From assembly GCA_963695185.1 (NCBI GenBank), contig CAVOGH010000005.1, positions 1,621,504 to 1,685,503 on the forward strand: DNA of 64,000 bases. Reading direction: 5' to 3'. Shown in pieces: positions 19,798 to 30,858 of the stretch. The stretch is from an uncultured Gemmatimonadales bacterium (GTDB lineage Bacteria; Gemmatimonadota; Gemmatimonadetes; Gemmatimonadales; GWC2-71-9). The position numbers were made by a program, and so were the translations under genes. Each line of letters begins with the position of its first letter. The first letter of the stretch is position 1. The notes under the pieces are model-generated. The model saw only the letters and a list, made by a program, of their open reading frames with translations. It made no database searches and had not been told where the DNA came from.

Positions 19798-20772
19798 CGG
19801 CCGAGCGATCACCCGGCGAGCCGACCGGCGCCGGAGACGCCAGCCTCCTGCAGAAGTGCGTCGACCGGCGCGGGGCACTGGGCATCCTCGCCGGGGGCAT
19901 GGCCGCCGGGATGCAGGCGGTGAGCGCGTGTACACCGCTCAGCGCCGAGACGGACGAGGAGCGCGAAGTCAAGCTCCTGGCCTGGCGGGAGTACATCAAG
20001 GGCAACTACCGCTTCATGACGGAGGCCGAGCGAGCGGAGACGATCGCCCGCCTCGAGCGCCTCGCCCAGCTGCAGCACGGCGTGGACGTTTCCATCCAGT
20101 CCACCGGCGCCCAGCCCGGCGTGGTGTTCGGCTACGCCTTCAACATCTCGAAGTGCAAGGGGTTCCGTCGCTGCATCGAAGCCTGCATCAACGAAAACAA
20201 CCTCGACCGCAATGCCGACACCCAGTACATCCGGATCTTCGAGATCGAGGACGGCAACGTGGATCTCGACGAGGGGGACGCGACCTTCCAGCACGAGGTG
20301 CCGGCGGAGGGCCACTTCTACCTGGGAACCCAGTGCTTCCAGTGCGCCAACCCGCCCTGCGTGAAGGTCTGCCCCGTCGGCGCCACCTGGCAGGAGCCCG
20401 ACGGCATCACGGTCGTCGACTACGACTGGTGCATCGGATGCCGCTACTGCATGGCCGCCTGCCCCTACTGGGCCCGGCGCTTCAACTGGGGCGATCCCGA
20501 GGTGCCGCCGGAGGAGGTCAACCCCAACCAGCACTACCTGGGGAATCGCGCCCGCATGAAGGGACGGGTCGAGAAGTGCACCTTCTGCATCCATCGCACC
20601 CGGCAGGGCCGCCTGCCCGGCCTGCGCCGAGGCGTGCCCCACCGGGGCGCGGGTCTTCGGCAACCTGCTGGATCCCGACTCGGAGATCCGGTGGGTGCTC
20701 GCCAACAAGCGGGTGTTCCGGCTGAAAGTGGATCTGAAGACCGAGCCGCGCTTCTGGTACTTCAGCGATTGA
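19794..20772 (+). CDS. NrfC/DmsB-type 4x[4Fe-4S] protein, copy 1; one frameshift near 20618
   Basis: ATGA overlap with the upstream stop. Tat-like DRRGALGILAGG. Four Cys clusters (CKGFRRCIEAC, CFQCANPPCVKVCP, CIGCRYCMAACP, CTFC...ACAEACP). Confidence 0.85.
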
Positions 20773-20779
20773 GGTAACG

Positions 20780-22069
20780 GTGCATCTGCGGCCTTTCCTC
20801 GCGAACGCCCTGGAGTCGGCCACCAACGGTGGCCGGCGCTACCACCTGTGGATGGCACTGCTCACGCTGATCATGCTCGTCGGCGCCTATGCGTACTCGG
20901 TCCAGTGGCGGTATGGACTCAGCGTCACCGGTATGAACGACCATGTGAGCTGGGGGCTCTACATCTCCAACTTCACGTTCCTGGTCGGGCTGGCCGCCGC
21001 CGCGATGATGCTGGTCCTGCCGGCGTACATCCTGGAGGACGTGGATTTCGGCCGGGCCGTGCTCATGGCGGAAGCCGTCGCCGTGGCCGCGCTGGTCATG
21101 TGTCTCGGCTTTGTGGTCGTGGATCTGGGCAACCCGCTGGGGTCCTGGCACCTGACGCCCGGCATCGGCTATCTCAACTGGCCCCGGTCGCTCCTGGCCT
21201 GGGACGTGATCGTGCTGAACGGCTACCTGGCGCTCAACCTGGCCATCCCGTTCTACATCCTCTACACCCGCTATGCCGGCCGCTCGCCGGCCAAGCACAA
21301 GTACCTGCCGTGGATGTACATCTCCGCGATGTGGGCGGTGAGCATTCACCTGGTCACGGCGTTTCTCCTGGCGGGGCTGCCGTCCCGGCCATTCTGGAAC
21401 ACGGCGCTGCTGGGACCCCGCTTCCTGGCCTCGGCCTTCACCGCCGGCCCGGCATTCGTGATCCTCCTCCTGTATTTCATCCGGCGGACCACGAGGTATC
21501 CCATCACCGACGGCGCGTTCGCCAAACTGGCCCTGATCACGACCGTCGCCTCGCAGGTCAACATCATGATGCTGATCTCCGAGTTGTTCTACAAGTTCTA
21601 CTCCCCGACGCATCACGGCATCAACGCCAAGTATCTCTTCTTCGGGCTGGGCGAGCACCACGCGCTGGTCCCGTGGATCTGGACCGGGATCGGGCTGAGC
21701 ATCGTGGCCACGATCATCCTCATGATGCATCCCCTGCGGCGCGATCCCCGCTGGCTGATGCCGGCCTGTGCCATGCTGTTTGTCGGGATCTGGATCGAGA
21801 AGGGGATCGGCCTGGTGGTGCCCGGCTTCATCCCCTCGCCCCTGGGAGAGATCGTCGAGTACACCCCGACCTGGGTGGAGCTGTGCGTGACCGCCGGGGT
21901 CTGGGCGCTGGGCCTGTTCGTCCTGACCATCCTGGTGCGGGTCGCCCTGCCGATCGAGCTGGGGGACGTGCGAAGCCCGTACCTGGAAGCCCCGCCGCCC
22001 GCCCGGGGCCTCCGCCCGCGCGCCGTCCGCGCCCGGTATGAGGACATCCGGCCGGTCCGGAAACGCTGA
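20780..22069 (+). CDS. NrfD/PsrC-family polytopic quinol-interacting membrane subunit, copy 1
   Basis: Intact 429 codons with about 10 hydrophobic helices, 8 nt after nrfC-like copy 1. Family call made from overall pattern. Confidence 0.8.
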   Translation: MHLRPFLANALESATNGGRRYHLWMALLTLIMLVGAYAYSVQWRYGLSVTGMNDHVSWGLYISNFTFLVGLAAAAMMLVLPAYILEDVDFGRAVLMAEAVAVAALVMCLGFVVVDLGNPLGSWHLTPGIGYLNWPRSLLAWDVIVLNGYLALNLAIPFYILYTRYAGRSPAKHKYLPWMYISAMWAVSIHLVTAFLLAGLPSRPFWNTALLGPRFLASAFTAGPAFVILLLYFIRRTTRYPITDGAFAKLALITTVASQVNIMMLISELFYKFYSPTHHGINAKYLFFGLGEHHALVPWIWTGIGLSIVATIILMMHPLRRDPRWLMPACAMLFVGIWIEKGIGLVVPGFIPSPLGEIVEYTPTWVELCVTAGVWALGLFVLTILVRVALPIELGDVRSPYLEAPPPARGLRPRAVRARYEDIRPVRKR

Positions 22070-22121
22070 TTGCGACCGCCGGCGCCGCGCCGGCTGACTT
22101 TTCTTCTGCGAGGTAAGACAC

Positions 22122-23097
22122 ATGACCAGACATCGGCCCAACGACACCCGGTATTCGTTCGCCGCTCTCGCCGCCGGGCTGGTGGGGGCGGCCGGGCTGG
22201 CGGGCGGACTGTTCCTCGCGGGCATCGCCCGCCCGGTCGCGGCCGTGGCGGGCCTGGCCCTGGGCGTGCTGCTCGCCGCCTCGATCAAGTACACGGACCA
22301 GTGGGAGAAGGCCGTCGTGCTGCGGCTGGGCCGGTACCAGGGCCTGCGCGGTCCCGGCTCTTCGGCGTCGTGCCGATCATCGACCGGGTGAGCTACCACA
22401 TCGACCAGCGGATCCGGACGACCGCGTTCGGCGCCGAGTCGTGCCTGACGCGGGACACGGTGCCGGTGAACGTGGATGCCATCGCGTTCTGGATCGTGCG
22501 CGACGCCGAGCGGGCGGCGCTCGAGGTGCAGGACTACGAGCAGGCCGTCATGCTCGCCGGCGCAGACCGCGCTCCGCGACGCCATCGGCAAGCACGACCT
22601 GGCGGAGCTGATCCAGTCGCGCGAGGAGCTCGGCCACGGGCTCGAAGATGGCGCTGGACCAGAAGATGCACGACTGGGGGATCCAGGTGCAGTCGGTGGA
22701 GATCCGCGACGTCATCATCCCGGAGGCGCTCGAGGACGCCATGTCCCGCCAGGCGCAGGCGGAGCGGGAGCGGCAGGCGCGCATCATCCTCGGCACCGCC
22801 GAGACGGAGATCGCCTCACAAGTTCGTCGAGGCGGCGAACGGCTACCGCGACCACCCGGTCGCCATGAACCTGCGCGCCATGAACATGCTGTACGAGAGC
22901 ATCGTGAAGCGGGGCTCGCTCATGGTGGTGCCGTCGGGGCTGGCCGACTCGCTCAACGTCCCCTCCATGATGGGCATGATGGGCGCCGGCGGCCTGGTGC
23001 CGCGAGACGGCGAGGGCCGCGCGGCCCTTACGCATGGCGGCGAGGGTGCCGGACCGGCAAGGGGACGGCCCCGCATGTGGCCAGTGAAGCACCCTAG
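22122..23097 (+). CDS. SPFH/band-7 (stomatin-like) membrane protein, copy 1; about 4 frameshifts
   Basis: TM helix followed by YTDQWEKAVVLRLGRY..., VDAIAFWIV and QAERERQARII. The tail GKGTAPHVASEAP in the frame of ORF 22648..23097 parallels the copy 2 tail GHGKEPEVTGRK. Confidence 0.75.
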
Positions 23098-23211
23098 GGA
23101 CCGCCGGCCGCGAGGCAGGCGGCCCCGCTTGCCGAGCGTCAGGCTGGCGCGGCATCCAGCCGCGAATGCCCTACGGGCGCCGGGACTCGAACGAACCAGG
23201 AGCCCTGACCG

Positions 23212-24192
23212 ATGAGCACGAGCCGCACACCGAGGTGCCCGACAGCGCCGATGACGGCACGGTGCTGCAGAAACGGGTCGATCGGCGCGAAGGCGATGGG
23301 CCTCCTGCTGGGCGGGCGTGGCCACCGGCGCGGCCGCGGTAAGCGCGTGTACGCCGCTCTCTGCGGCGACGCCCGAAGAGCGCGAACTGAAGCTGCTCGA
23401 ATGGCAGCAGTTCTTTCAGAAGCACTATCGCCGCATGACCGCGGAGGAGCGTGCCGAGACCGTCCAGCGGCTCGAGCGGCTGGCCAAGCTCCACCACGAT
23501 CAGGACGTCACCATCGCCACATCTGACGCCATACCCGGAGTGCTCTTCGGTTATGCCTTCAACATCTCGAAGTGCAAGGGGTACCGGCGCTGTGTCGAGG
23601 CCTGCATCAATGAAAACAACCTCGACCGGGAAGCCGACACGCAGTACATCCGGATCTTCGAAAAGGAAAGTGGTGTTGTCGATCTCAACCACGCGGACGC
23701 GACCTACCAGCACGAAGTGCCGGCGGAGGGCCACTTCTATATCGGGACCCAGTGCTTCCAGTGCGCCAACCCGCCCTGCGTTCCGGTCTGCCCGGTGGGC
23801 GCCACCTGGCAGGAGCCCGACGGCATCGTGGTCATCGACTACAACTGGTGCGTTGGATGCCGCGCCTGCATGGCCGCCTGCCCCTACTGGGCCCGGCGCT
23901 TCAACTGGGACGTGCCCGAAGTGCCCCTGCAGGAGGTCAACCCCGACCAGCATTACCTCGGGAATCGCGCCCGCAAACAGGGCTGCACCGAGAAGTGCAC
24001 GTTCTGCATCCATCGCACCCGGCAGGGCCGTCTGCCGGCGTGCGTCGGAGGCGTGCCCCACCGGGGCGCGGATCTTCGGCAACCTGCTGGATCCCGATTC
24101 CGAGATCCGCTGGGTGCTGGCCAACAAGCCGGTCTTCCGCCTGAAGGAAGGATTGCGGGACGGAACCGCGCTTCTGGTACTTCACCGACTGA
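23212..24192 (+). CDS. NrfC/DmsB-type 4x[4Fe-4S] protein, copy 2; about 4 frameshifts
   Basis: ORF 23318..24241 is collinear with copy 1 and has the same four Cys clusters. The N-terminus (MSTSRTP.. / TVLQKRVDRR / KAMGLLLGG) is split over three frames. Another shift lies near 24047. Confidence 0.75.
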
Positions 24193-24199
24193 GGCGATC

Positions 24200-25496
24200 A
24201 TGCACCTCAGAGCCTTCCTCGTGAGTGCGCTGGGGCGGTGACCTCAGGCGGACCGCCGCTACCACCTCTGGATGGGCGGGCTGACGGCCATCATGCTCCT
24301 CGGGGGCTACGCGTACTTCGTTCAGGTCACCGACGGGCTCGGCGTCACGGGCATGAACGACCACGTGAGCTGGGGGTTGTACATCTCCAACATGGCGTTC
24401 CTCGTCGGGGTCGCGGCCGCGGCGGTGATCCTGGTGATGCCGGCATACGTCCTGCACGACGTCGACTTCAGCAAGGCGGTGCTCATCGCGGAGGGGGTCG
24501 CGGTCTCCGCCCTGGTCATGTGCCTCGGCGTTCGTCATGGCCAACAGCCCCGGCCTCCCGTTGCAAGTGGTGGCGCCTCACACCGGTCGTCGGACTGCTG
24601 AACTGGCCCGACTCGATGCTGGCGTGGGACGTGATCGCCCTGAACGGCTACCTGGTGCTGAACCTCGCCATCCCGTTCTACATCCTCTACAGCCACTATG
24701 TCGGGCGGGAGCCGGCGAAGCACAAGTACGTGCCCTTCATCTACCTGTCGGTCGCGTGGGCGGTGAGCATTCACCTCATCACCGCGTTCCTCTTCGCCGC
24801 CCCGCCGGCGCGGCCCCTGTGGAACTCGCCGCTGCTCGGTCCCCGTTTCCTGGCCTCGGCCTTCACGGCCGGGCCCGCCTTCATGATCCTGCTGCTCGGG
24901 TTCATCAGGTCCAACAGCCGTTACCCGATTTCGGACGTGGCGATCAGCCAAGCTGGCCACCGTCACCACCGTCGCTGCGCAGATCAACCTGGTGATGCTC
25001 TTTTCCGACCTGGTGTTCGAGTTTCGCTTTCCCGACGCATCACAGCCTGAGCGCCCGGTATCTCTTCTTCGGCCTGGGCGAGCACCACGCGCTGGTCCCG
25101 TGGATCAGGACGGCGATCGCGCTCAACGTCACCGCCACGGTCATCCTCATGATGCATCCCCTGCGGCGCATCCCGCGCTGGTTGATGCCGGCCTGCGCCA
25201 TGCTGTTTGTCGGGATCTGGATCGAGAAGGGGATCGGCCTGGTCATTCCCGGCTTCATCCCGTCGCCCCTGGGGGAGATCGTCGAGTACACCCCGACCTG
25301 GGTGGAGCTGTGCGTGACCGCGGGCATCTGGGCGCTGGGCCTGTTCGTCCTGACCATCCTGGTGCGGGTCGCCCTGCCGATCGAACTGGGGGACGTGCGA
25401 AGCCCGTACCTGGAAGCCCCGCCGCCCGCCCGGGGCCTCCGCCCGCGCGCCGTCCGCGCCCGGTATGAGGACATCCGGCCGGTCCGGAAACGCTGA
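24200..25496 (+). CDS. NrfD/PsrC-family membrane subunit, copy 2; at least 4 frameshifts
   Basis: Pieces in ORFs 24272.., 24238.., 24992.. and 25149..25496 are collinear with copy 1. The last ~60 codons are identical to copy 1. Confidence 0.7.
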
Positions 25497-25548
25497 TTGC
25501 GACCGCCGGCGCCGCGCCGGCTGACTTTTCTTCTGCGAGGTAAGACAC

Positions 25549-26475
25549 ATGACCAGACATCGGCCCAACGACACCCGGTATTCGTTCGCCGCTCTCGCCG
25601 CCGGGCTGGTGGGGGCGGCCGGGCTGGCGGGCGGACTGTTCCTCGCGGGCATCGCCCCCCCGGTCGCGGCCGTGGCGGGCCTGGCCCTGGGCGTGCTGCT
25701 CGCCGCCTCGATCAAGTACACCGACCAGTGGGAGAAAGCCGTCCTCCTGCGGCTGGGCCGCTACCGGGGCCTGCGCGGTCCCGGCTACTTCGGCATCGTG
25801 CCGATCATCGACCGGGTGGCCTACACCATCGATCAGCGGATCCGGACCGCGGCGTTCGGCGCCGAATCGTGCCTGACCCGGGACACGGTGCCGGTGAACG
25901 TCGATGCCATCGCGTTCTGGATCGTGCGCGACGCCGAGCGGGCGGCGCTGGAGGTGCAGGACTACGACGAGGCAGTCATTCTCTCGGCCCAGACCGCCCT
26001 CCGCGACGCCATCGGCAAGCACGACCTGGCCGAGCTGATCCAGTCGCGCGTGGAGCTCGGCCATGGGCTCGAGATGGCGCTGGAGCAGAAGATGACGAAC
26101 TGGGGCATCCACGTGCAGTCGGTGGAGATCCGCGACGTCATCATCCCCGCCGCCCTCGAGGACGCCATGTCCCGGCAGGCGCAGGCCGAACGGGAACGGC
26201 AGGCCCGCATCATCCTCGGCACAGCCGAGACGGAGATCGCCCACAAGTTCGTCGAGGCGGCCGCCGCCTACCGCGACCACCCCGAAGCCATGAACCTGCG
26301 GGCCATGAACATGCTGTACGAGAGCATCGTCAAGCGGGGCTCGCTCATGGTGGTGCCGTCGGGCCTGGCCGACTCGCTGAACGTCCGCTCGGTGATGGGA
26401 GCCGTGGGGAATACGGCGCTGCTGCCGCCGGTGGCAGGGCATGGCAAGGAGCCGGAGGTGACCGGCCGAAAGTAG
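25549..26475 (+). CDS. SPFH/band-7 (stomatin-like) membrane protein, copy 2
   Basis: Intact 308 codons with the same 52-nt spacer after nrfD-like as in copy 1. Confidence 0.85.
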   Translation: MTRHRPNDTRYSFAALAAGLVGAAGLAGGLFLAGIAPPVAAVAGLALGVLLAASIKYTDQWEKAVLLRLGRYRGLRGPGYFGIVPIIDRVAYTIDQRIRTAAFGAESCLTRDTVPVNVDAIAFWIVRDAERAALEVQDYDEAVILSAQTALRDAIGKHDLAELIQSRVELGHGLEMALEQKMTNWGIHVQSVEIRDVIIPAALEDAMSRQAQAERERQARIILGTAETEIAHKFVEAAAAYRDHPEAMNLRAMNMLYESIVKRGSLMVVPSGLADSLNVRSVMGAVGNTALLPPVAGHGKEPEVTGRK

Positions 26476-26729
26476 CCAAACCGATCGGATAGAACCGACC
26501 CTGCCGGGGTGGCCGAACACGGCCCCCCCCCGCCTGGCGGTGCCGCGTCCCGGCCTGGCTCAGACCAGCCTGTTCCCGGTTGGGCTCACCCCGACCATCG
26601 GGTTCCCGTTGGAGGCGTGTCCTGCAGCCGCCCAGGGCGGTCCTTGAGGCTCCTTGAGGGTCCGACCCCCTTCGTCCAGCCCGACCTCTCCCAATGCAAT
26701 TCTCCCCTCCGGGCGGCTAGATTTCCCCC

Positions 26730-27155
26730 ATGAAAAACGTCCGCCCGACCCCCATTCCTCATGGACTCCGGGGGGTGCTTGGGGCGGCCCTCCTGCTGCT
26801 AGCGGTCGCCTGCGACCAGCGGGACCGGCTGACGTTCACCGGTCCCCCGGTGCCGGGCGCAGGCCCGGTCACGACGGTCTACCGGCCTGCCGGAGACACC
26901 ACCGTTCCAGCTGGCCCGGGACTGGTAGTCCAGGGCAACTCCAGGGATCCCGACGGGATTGACACCTTCTATGCCGAGGTCGAGGGAGGGGTCACCACCT
27001 TCCCGCCGTTCCCGGGAGACGACTCGCTGTTCATTTTCGACCTGCCGGTGACGACCAATGGCCAGTCGGGGCAGACGATCACGGTGCGGCTGTTCGCCAC
27101 CGATGAGCGGGGCAACCGCGGCGACACGGCGACCCGCCGGATCACGGTGCAGTAG
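26730..27155 (+). CDS. lipoprotein, Ig-like/beta-rich, function unknown
   Basis: Intact ORF with lipobox LLLAVAC. Its stop overlaps the recF GTG (TAGTG). Confidence 0.6.
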   Translation: MKNVRPTPIPHGLRGVLGAALLLLAVACDQRDRLTFTGPPVPGAGPVTTVYRPAGDTTVPAGPGLVVQGNSRDPDGIDTFYAEVEGGVTTFPPFPGDDSLFIFDLPVTTNGQSGQTITVRLFATDERGNRGDTATRRITVQ

Positions 27156-28240
27156 TGCGGCTGGCCCGACTGACGGTGCGCAGCTTCCGGAACCTGGCCG
27201 ACAGCGACTACGAGATCCCGGCGGCCGGCATGGTGTTGCTGGGCCACAACGGGCAGGGCAAGACCAGCCTGCTGGAGGCGATCGCCTACCCGGTCCTGTT
27301 CCGCTCGTTCCGGACCCCCCTCGAGGCCGAGGTGGCGCGCTTCGGCGCGCCGGGGTTCCACACCGGCCTCGAATTCGTGCGGGGAGACCGGCTCCGGTCA
27401 GTAGCCGCGACCTTCCGCCTGGCCGGCCGCAAGAAGCAGCTCCAGCTGGACGGGGCCCCGGTGGACCGGGTGGTGGATGCGGCTGGGGCCTGGCTGGCGG
27501 TGGTGTTCTCGCCAGAGGATGTGCGGCTGGCGGGCGGGCCGGCGCAGGCTCGGCGGCTCTACCTCGACCGCACCCTGTCGCTCGCCGACCGGCACTACCT
27601 GCTGGCGCTGACGCGCTACCGGGCGGCCTTGGCGCAACGCAACGCCGCCCTCCGCCAGGGCCGGCTGGACCTGGCGGCGGCCTTCGACCGGCCGCTGGCC
27701 GAAGCCGGTGCCCAGGTGGTGTCCCGGCGGGTGGCGTGGACGGCCGGAGCGGCGGAGCCGTTCCGGCGGGCGCTGGTGTCGCTCGGCGAGCACGGCGGTG
27801 AACCCGACCTCGAGTACACCGGCCACCTGGAGCTGGCCGATGCCGGGGCGTGGCCGGCCAGACTGGAGGCGGCGCGGGGTCGGGATCAGGCGCGGGGAAG
27901 CACCTCGGTGGGCCCGCATCGCGACGACCTGACGTTGCGGCTGGGCGGCCGCCCGCTCCGGGACTACGGCTCGACCGGGCAGCATCGCAGCGCCGCTATC
28001 GCCCTCAAGCTGCTGGAGCTCGACAGCCTGACCGGCCCCGCCGGCGAACCACCGGCGCTGTTGCTGGACGATGTCTTCGCCGAGCTGGACCCGGACCGGC
28101 AGGCGCGGCTGGCGGAGCAGCTCTTTGATGGCCGGGGCGCGCAGGTGTTCCTGACGTCCCCCCGGGTCGATGAACTGCCGGCCGGCCTCTCGCTGGAGCG
28201 GTGGGGGGTCCGGGACGGAAAGGCAGCGGCCGAGCGATGA
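27155..28240 (+). CDS. recF: DNA replication and repair protein RecF
   Basis: Intact ORF with FRNL, Walker A GHNGQGKTSLLEAI, signature GSTGQHRSAAIALKL and Walker B LLLDDVFAELD. Confidence 0.9.
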   Translation: MRLARLTVRSFRNLADSDYEIPAAGMVLLGHNGQGKTSLLEAIAYPVLFRSFRTPLEAEVARFGAPGFHTGLEFVRGDRLRSVAATFRLAGRKKQLQLDGAPVDRVVDAAGAWLAVVFSPEDVRLAGGPAQARRLYLDRTLSLADRHYLLALTRYRAALAQRNAALRQGRLDLAAAFDRPLAEAGAQVVSRRVAWTAGAAEPFRRALVSLGEHGGEPDLEYTGHLELADAGAWPARLEAARGRDQARGSTSVGPHRDDLTLRLGGRPLRDYGSTGQHRSAAIALKLLELDSLTGPAGEPPALLLDDVFAELDPDRQARLAEQLFDGRGAQVFLTSPRVDELPAGLSLERWGVRDGKAAAER

Positions 28241-28274
28241 CTCACGATGGCTGGGAGACCGGGAACCCCCGCTG

Positions 28275-28574
28275 ATGTCGGACACACCGCGACCGGTACC
28301 TCTGGCCGAGGCGCTGCAGGCGTACCTGAAGCGCGCCGGGCTGGTGCGCCGGATCGGGCAGGCGGGCGTGCTGGAGGAATGGTCCGAGCTGGTCGGCCCC
28401 CAGATCGCCCGGGTCACCAGCCCCGAGTCGGTAAGTCAGGACGGGCTGCTTCGGGTCAAGGTCCAGACGGCGGCGTGGGCAGCGGAACTGTCCATGATGA
28501 CCCCGCAGATTCTGGCCAGAGTCAACGCGGGGCGGACGGGACGCATCAAGGGCATTCGCTGGATCGCAGGATAG
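28275..28574 (+). CDS. DUF721 / DciA-like protein
   Basis: Small ORF between recF and gyrB, the conserved position. Contains LAEALQAYLKRAGL...W..LVGPQIA...S.......L.V.V.....A.EL. Confidence 0.65.
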   Translation: MSDTPRPVPLAEALQAYLKRAGLVRRIGQAGVLEEWSELVGPQIARVTSPESVSQDGLLRVKVQTAAWAAELSMMTPQILARVNAGRTGRIKGIRWIAG

Positions 28575-28620
28575 CACCCCGCGGCACAGGCACTATCTCC
28601 TACCACGAAGGCACCTATTC

Positions 28621-30562
<1,942 letters not shown>

Positions 30563-30570
30563 TGAACGGA

Positions 30571-30642
30571 GCCATCCGCTATCGCTATCCGGGCGGCGAA
30601 GTCCCGCTCCGTGCACTCGGATAGCTCATAGCGGATAGCGGC
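30571..30642. repeat. heptad-based palindromic intergenic element (GCTATCG/CGGATAGC family), copy A
   Basis: gccatCCGCTATCGCTATCCG...CGGATAGCtcatAGCGGATAGCGGc lies immediately after the gyrB stop. Related to the element at 44191..44248. Confidence 0.6.
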
Positions 30643-30647
30643 TCCCC

Positions 30648-30856
30648 TCATCCCCCCGCGCCCGGCCCCCAGTCGTCTTCCGCTGCCTCATCCAGGGTGG
30701 TGCCCTGGGCGCCGTCGCTGAGGTCCCGCTCCGCCTCCGCGAGCGCGGCCTCATCGACCGGCTCGATCGGCATCCCCCGGCTCCACCGCCTGCGACGGAC
30801 CGGGACAGCCAGACCGCCACCACGACCACCAGGACCAGACCGAGCAGGAGCAGCAC
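30648..30856 (-). CDS. small membrane-anchored acidic protein (tentative; needs one frameshift)
   Basis: The hydrophobic N-terminus LLLLGLVLVVVVAVW (ORF 30626..30856) joins the acidic tail PIEPVDEAALAEAERDLSDG... (end of ORF 30648..31112). Confidence 0.3.
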
Positions 30857-30858
30857 GG

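Larger units (their letters stand above)
19794..26475 (+). repeat. tandem duplication (unit ~3.42 kb) of nrfC-like / nrfD-like / SPFH module
   Basis: Unit 1 is 19794..23211 and unit 2 is 23212..26475. The offset is 3418 nt at the nrfC starts and 3427 nt at the nrfD stops. Hand alignment gives ~85-90% identity, except for a near-identical core at 21901..22295 and 25328..25722. Confidence 0.85.

Noticed and set aside
22990-23215. A long Arg-rich C-terminal extension of SPFH copy 1, running to an ATGA overlap with nrfC copy 2.
   Set aside because: The extension is low-complexity. The frame of ORF 22648..23097 gives a tail (GKGTAPHVASEAP*) parallel to the copy 2 tail, so the real stop is most likely 23097.
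24200-25496. Calling NrfD copy 2, and the other multiply shifted genes, as pseudogenes.
   Set aside because: The same kind of indel also interrupts essential gyrB and ligA. The peptide segments between shifts remain well conserved with no internal stops. Error is therefore more parsimonious than decay, although this is not proven.
26620-26670. Short direct repeat ggTCCTTGAGGcTCCTTGAGGg.
   Set aside because: It is a single 9-bp duplication with no further copies or associated structure, and is likely a trivial slippage product.
26476-28620. Possible replication origin next to recF-gyrB.
   Set aside because: No dnaA or dnaN is present in the window, and I saw no cluster of TTATCCACA-like boxes or an AT-rich unwinding element in the 26476..26729 spacer.
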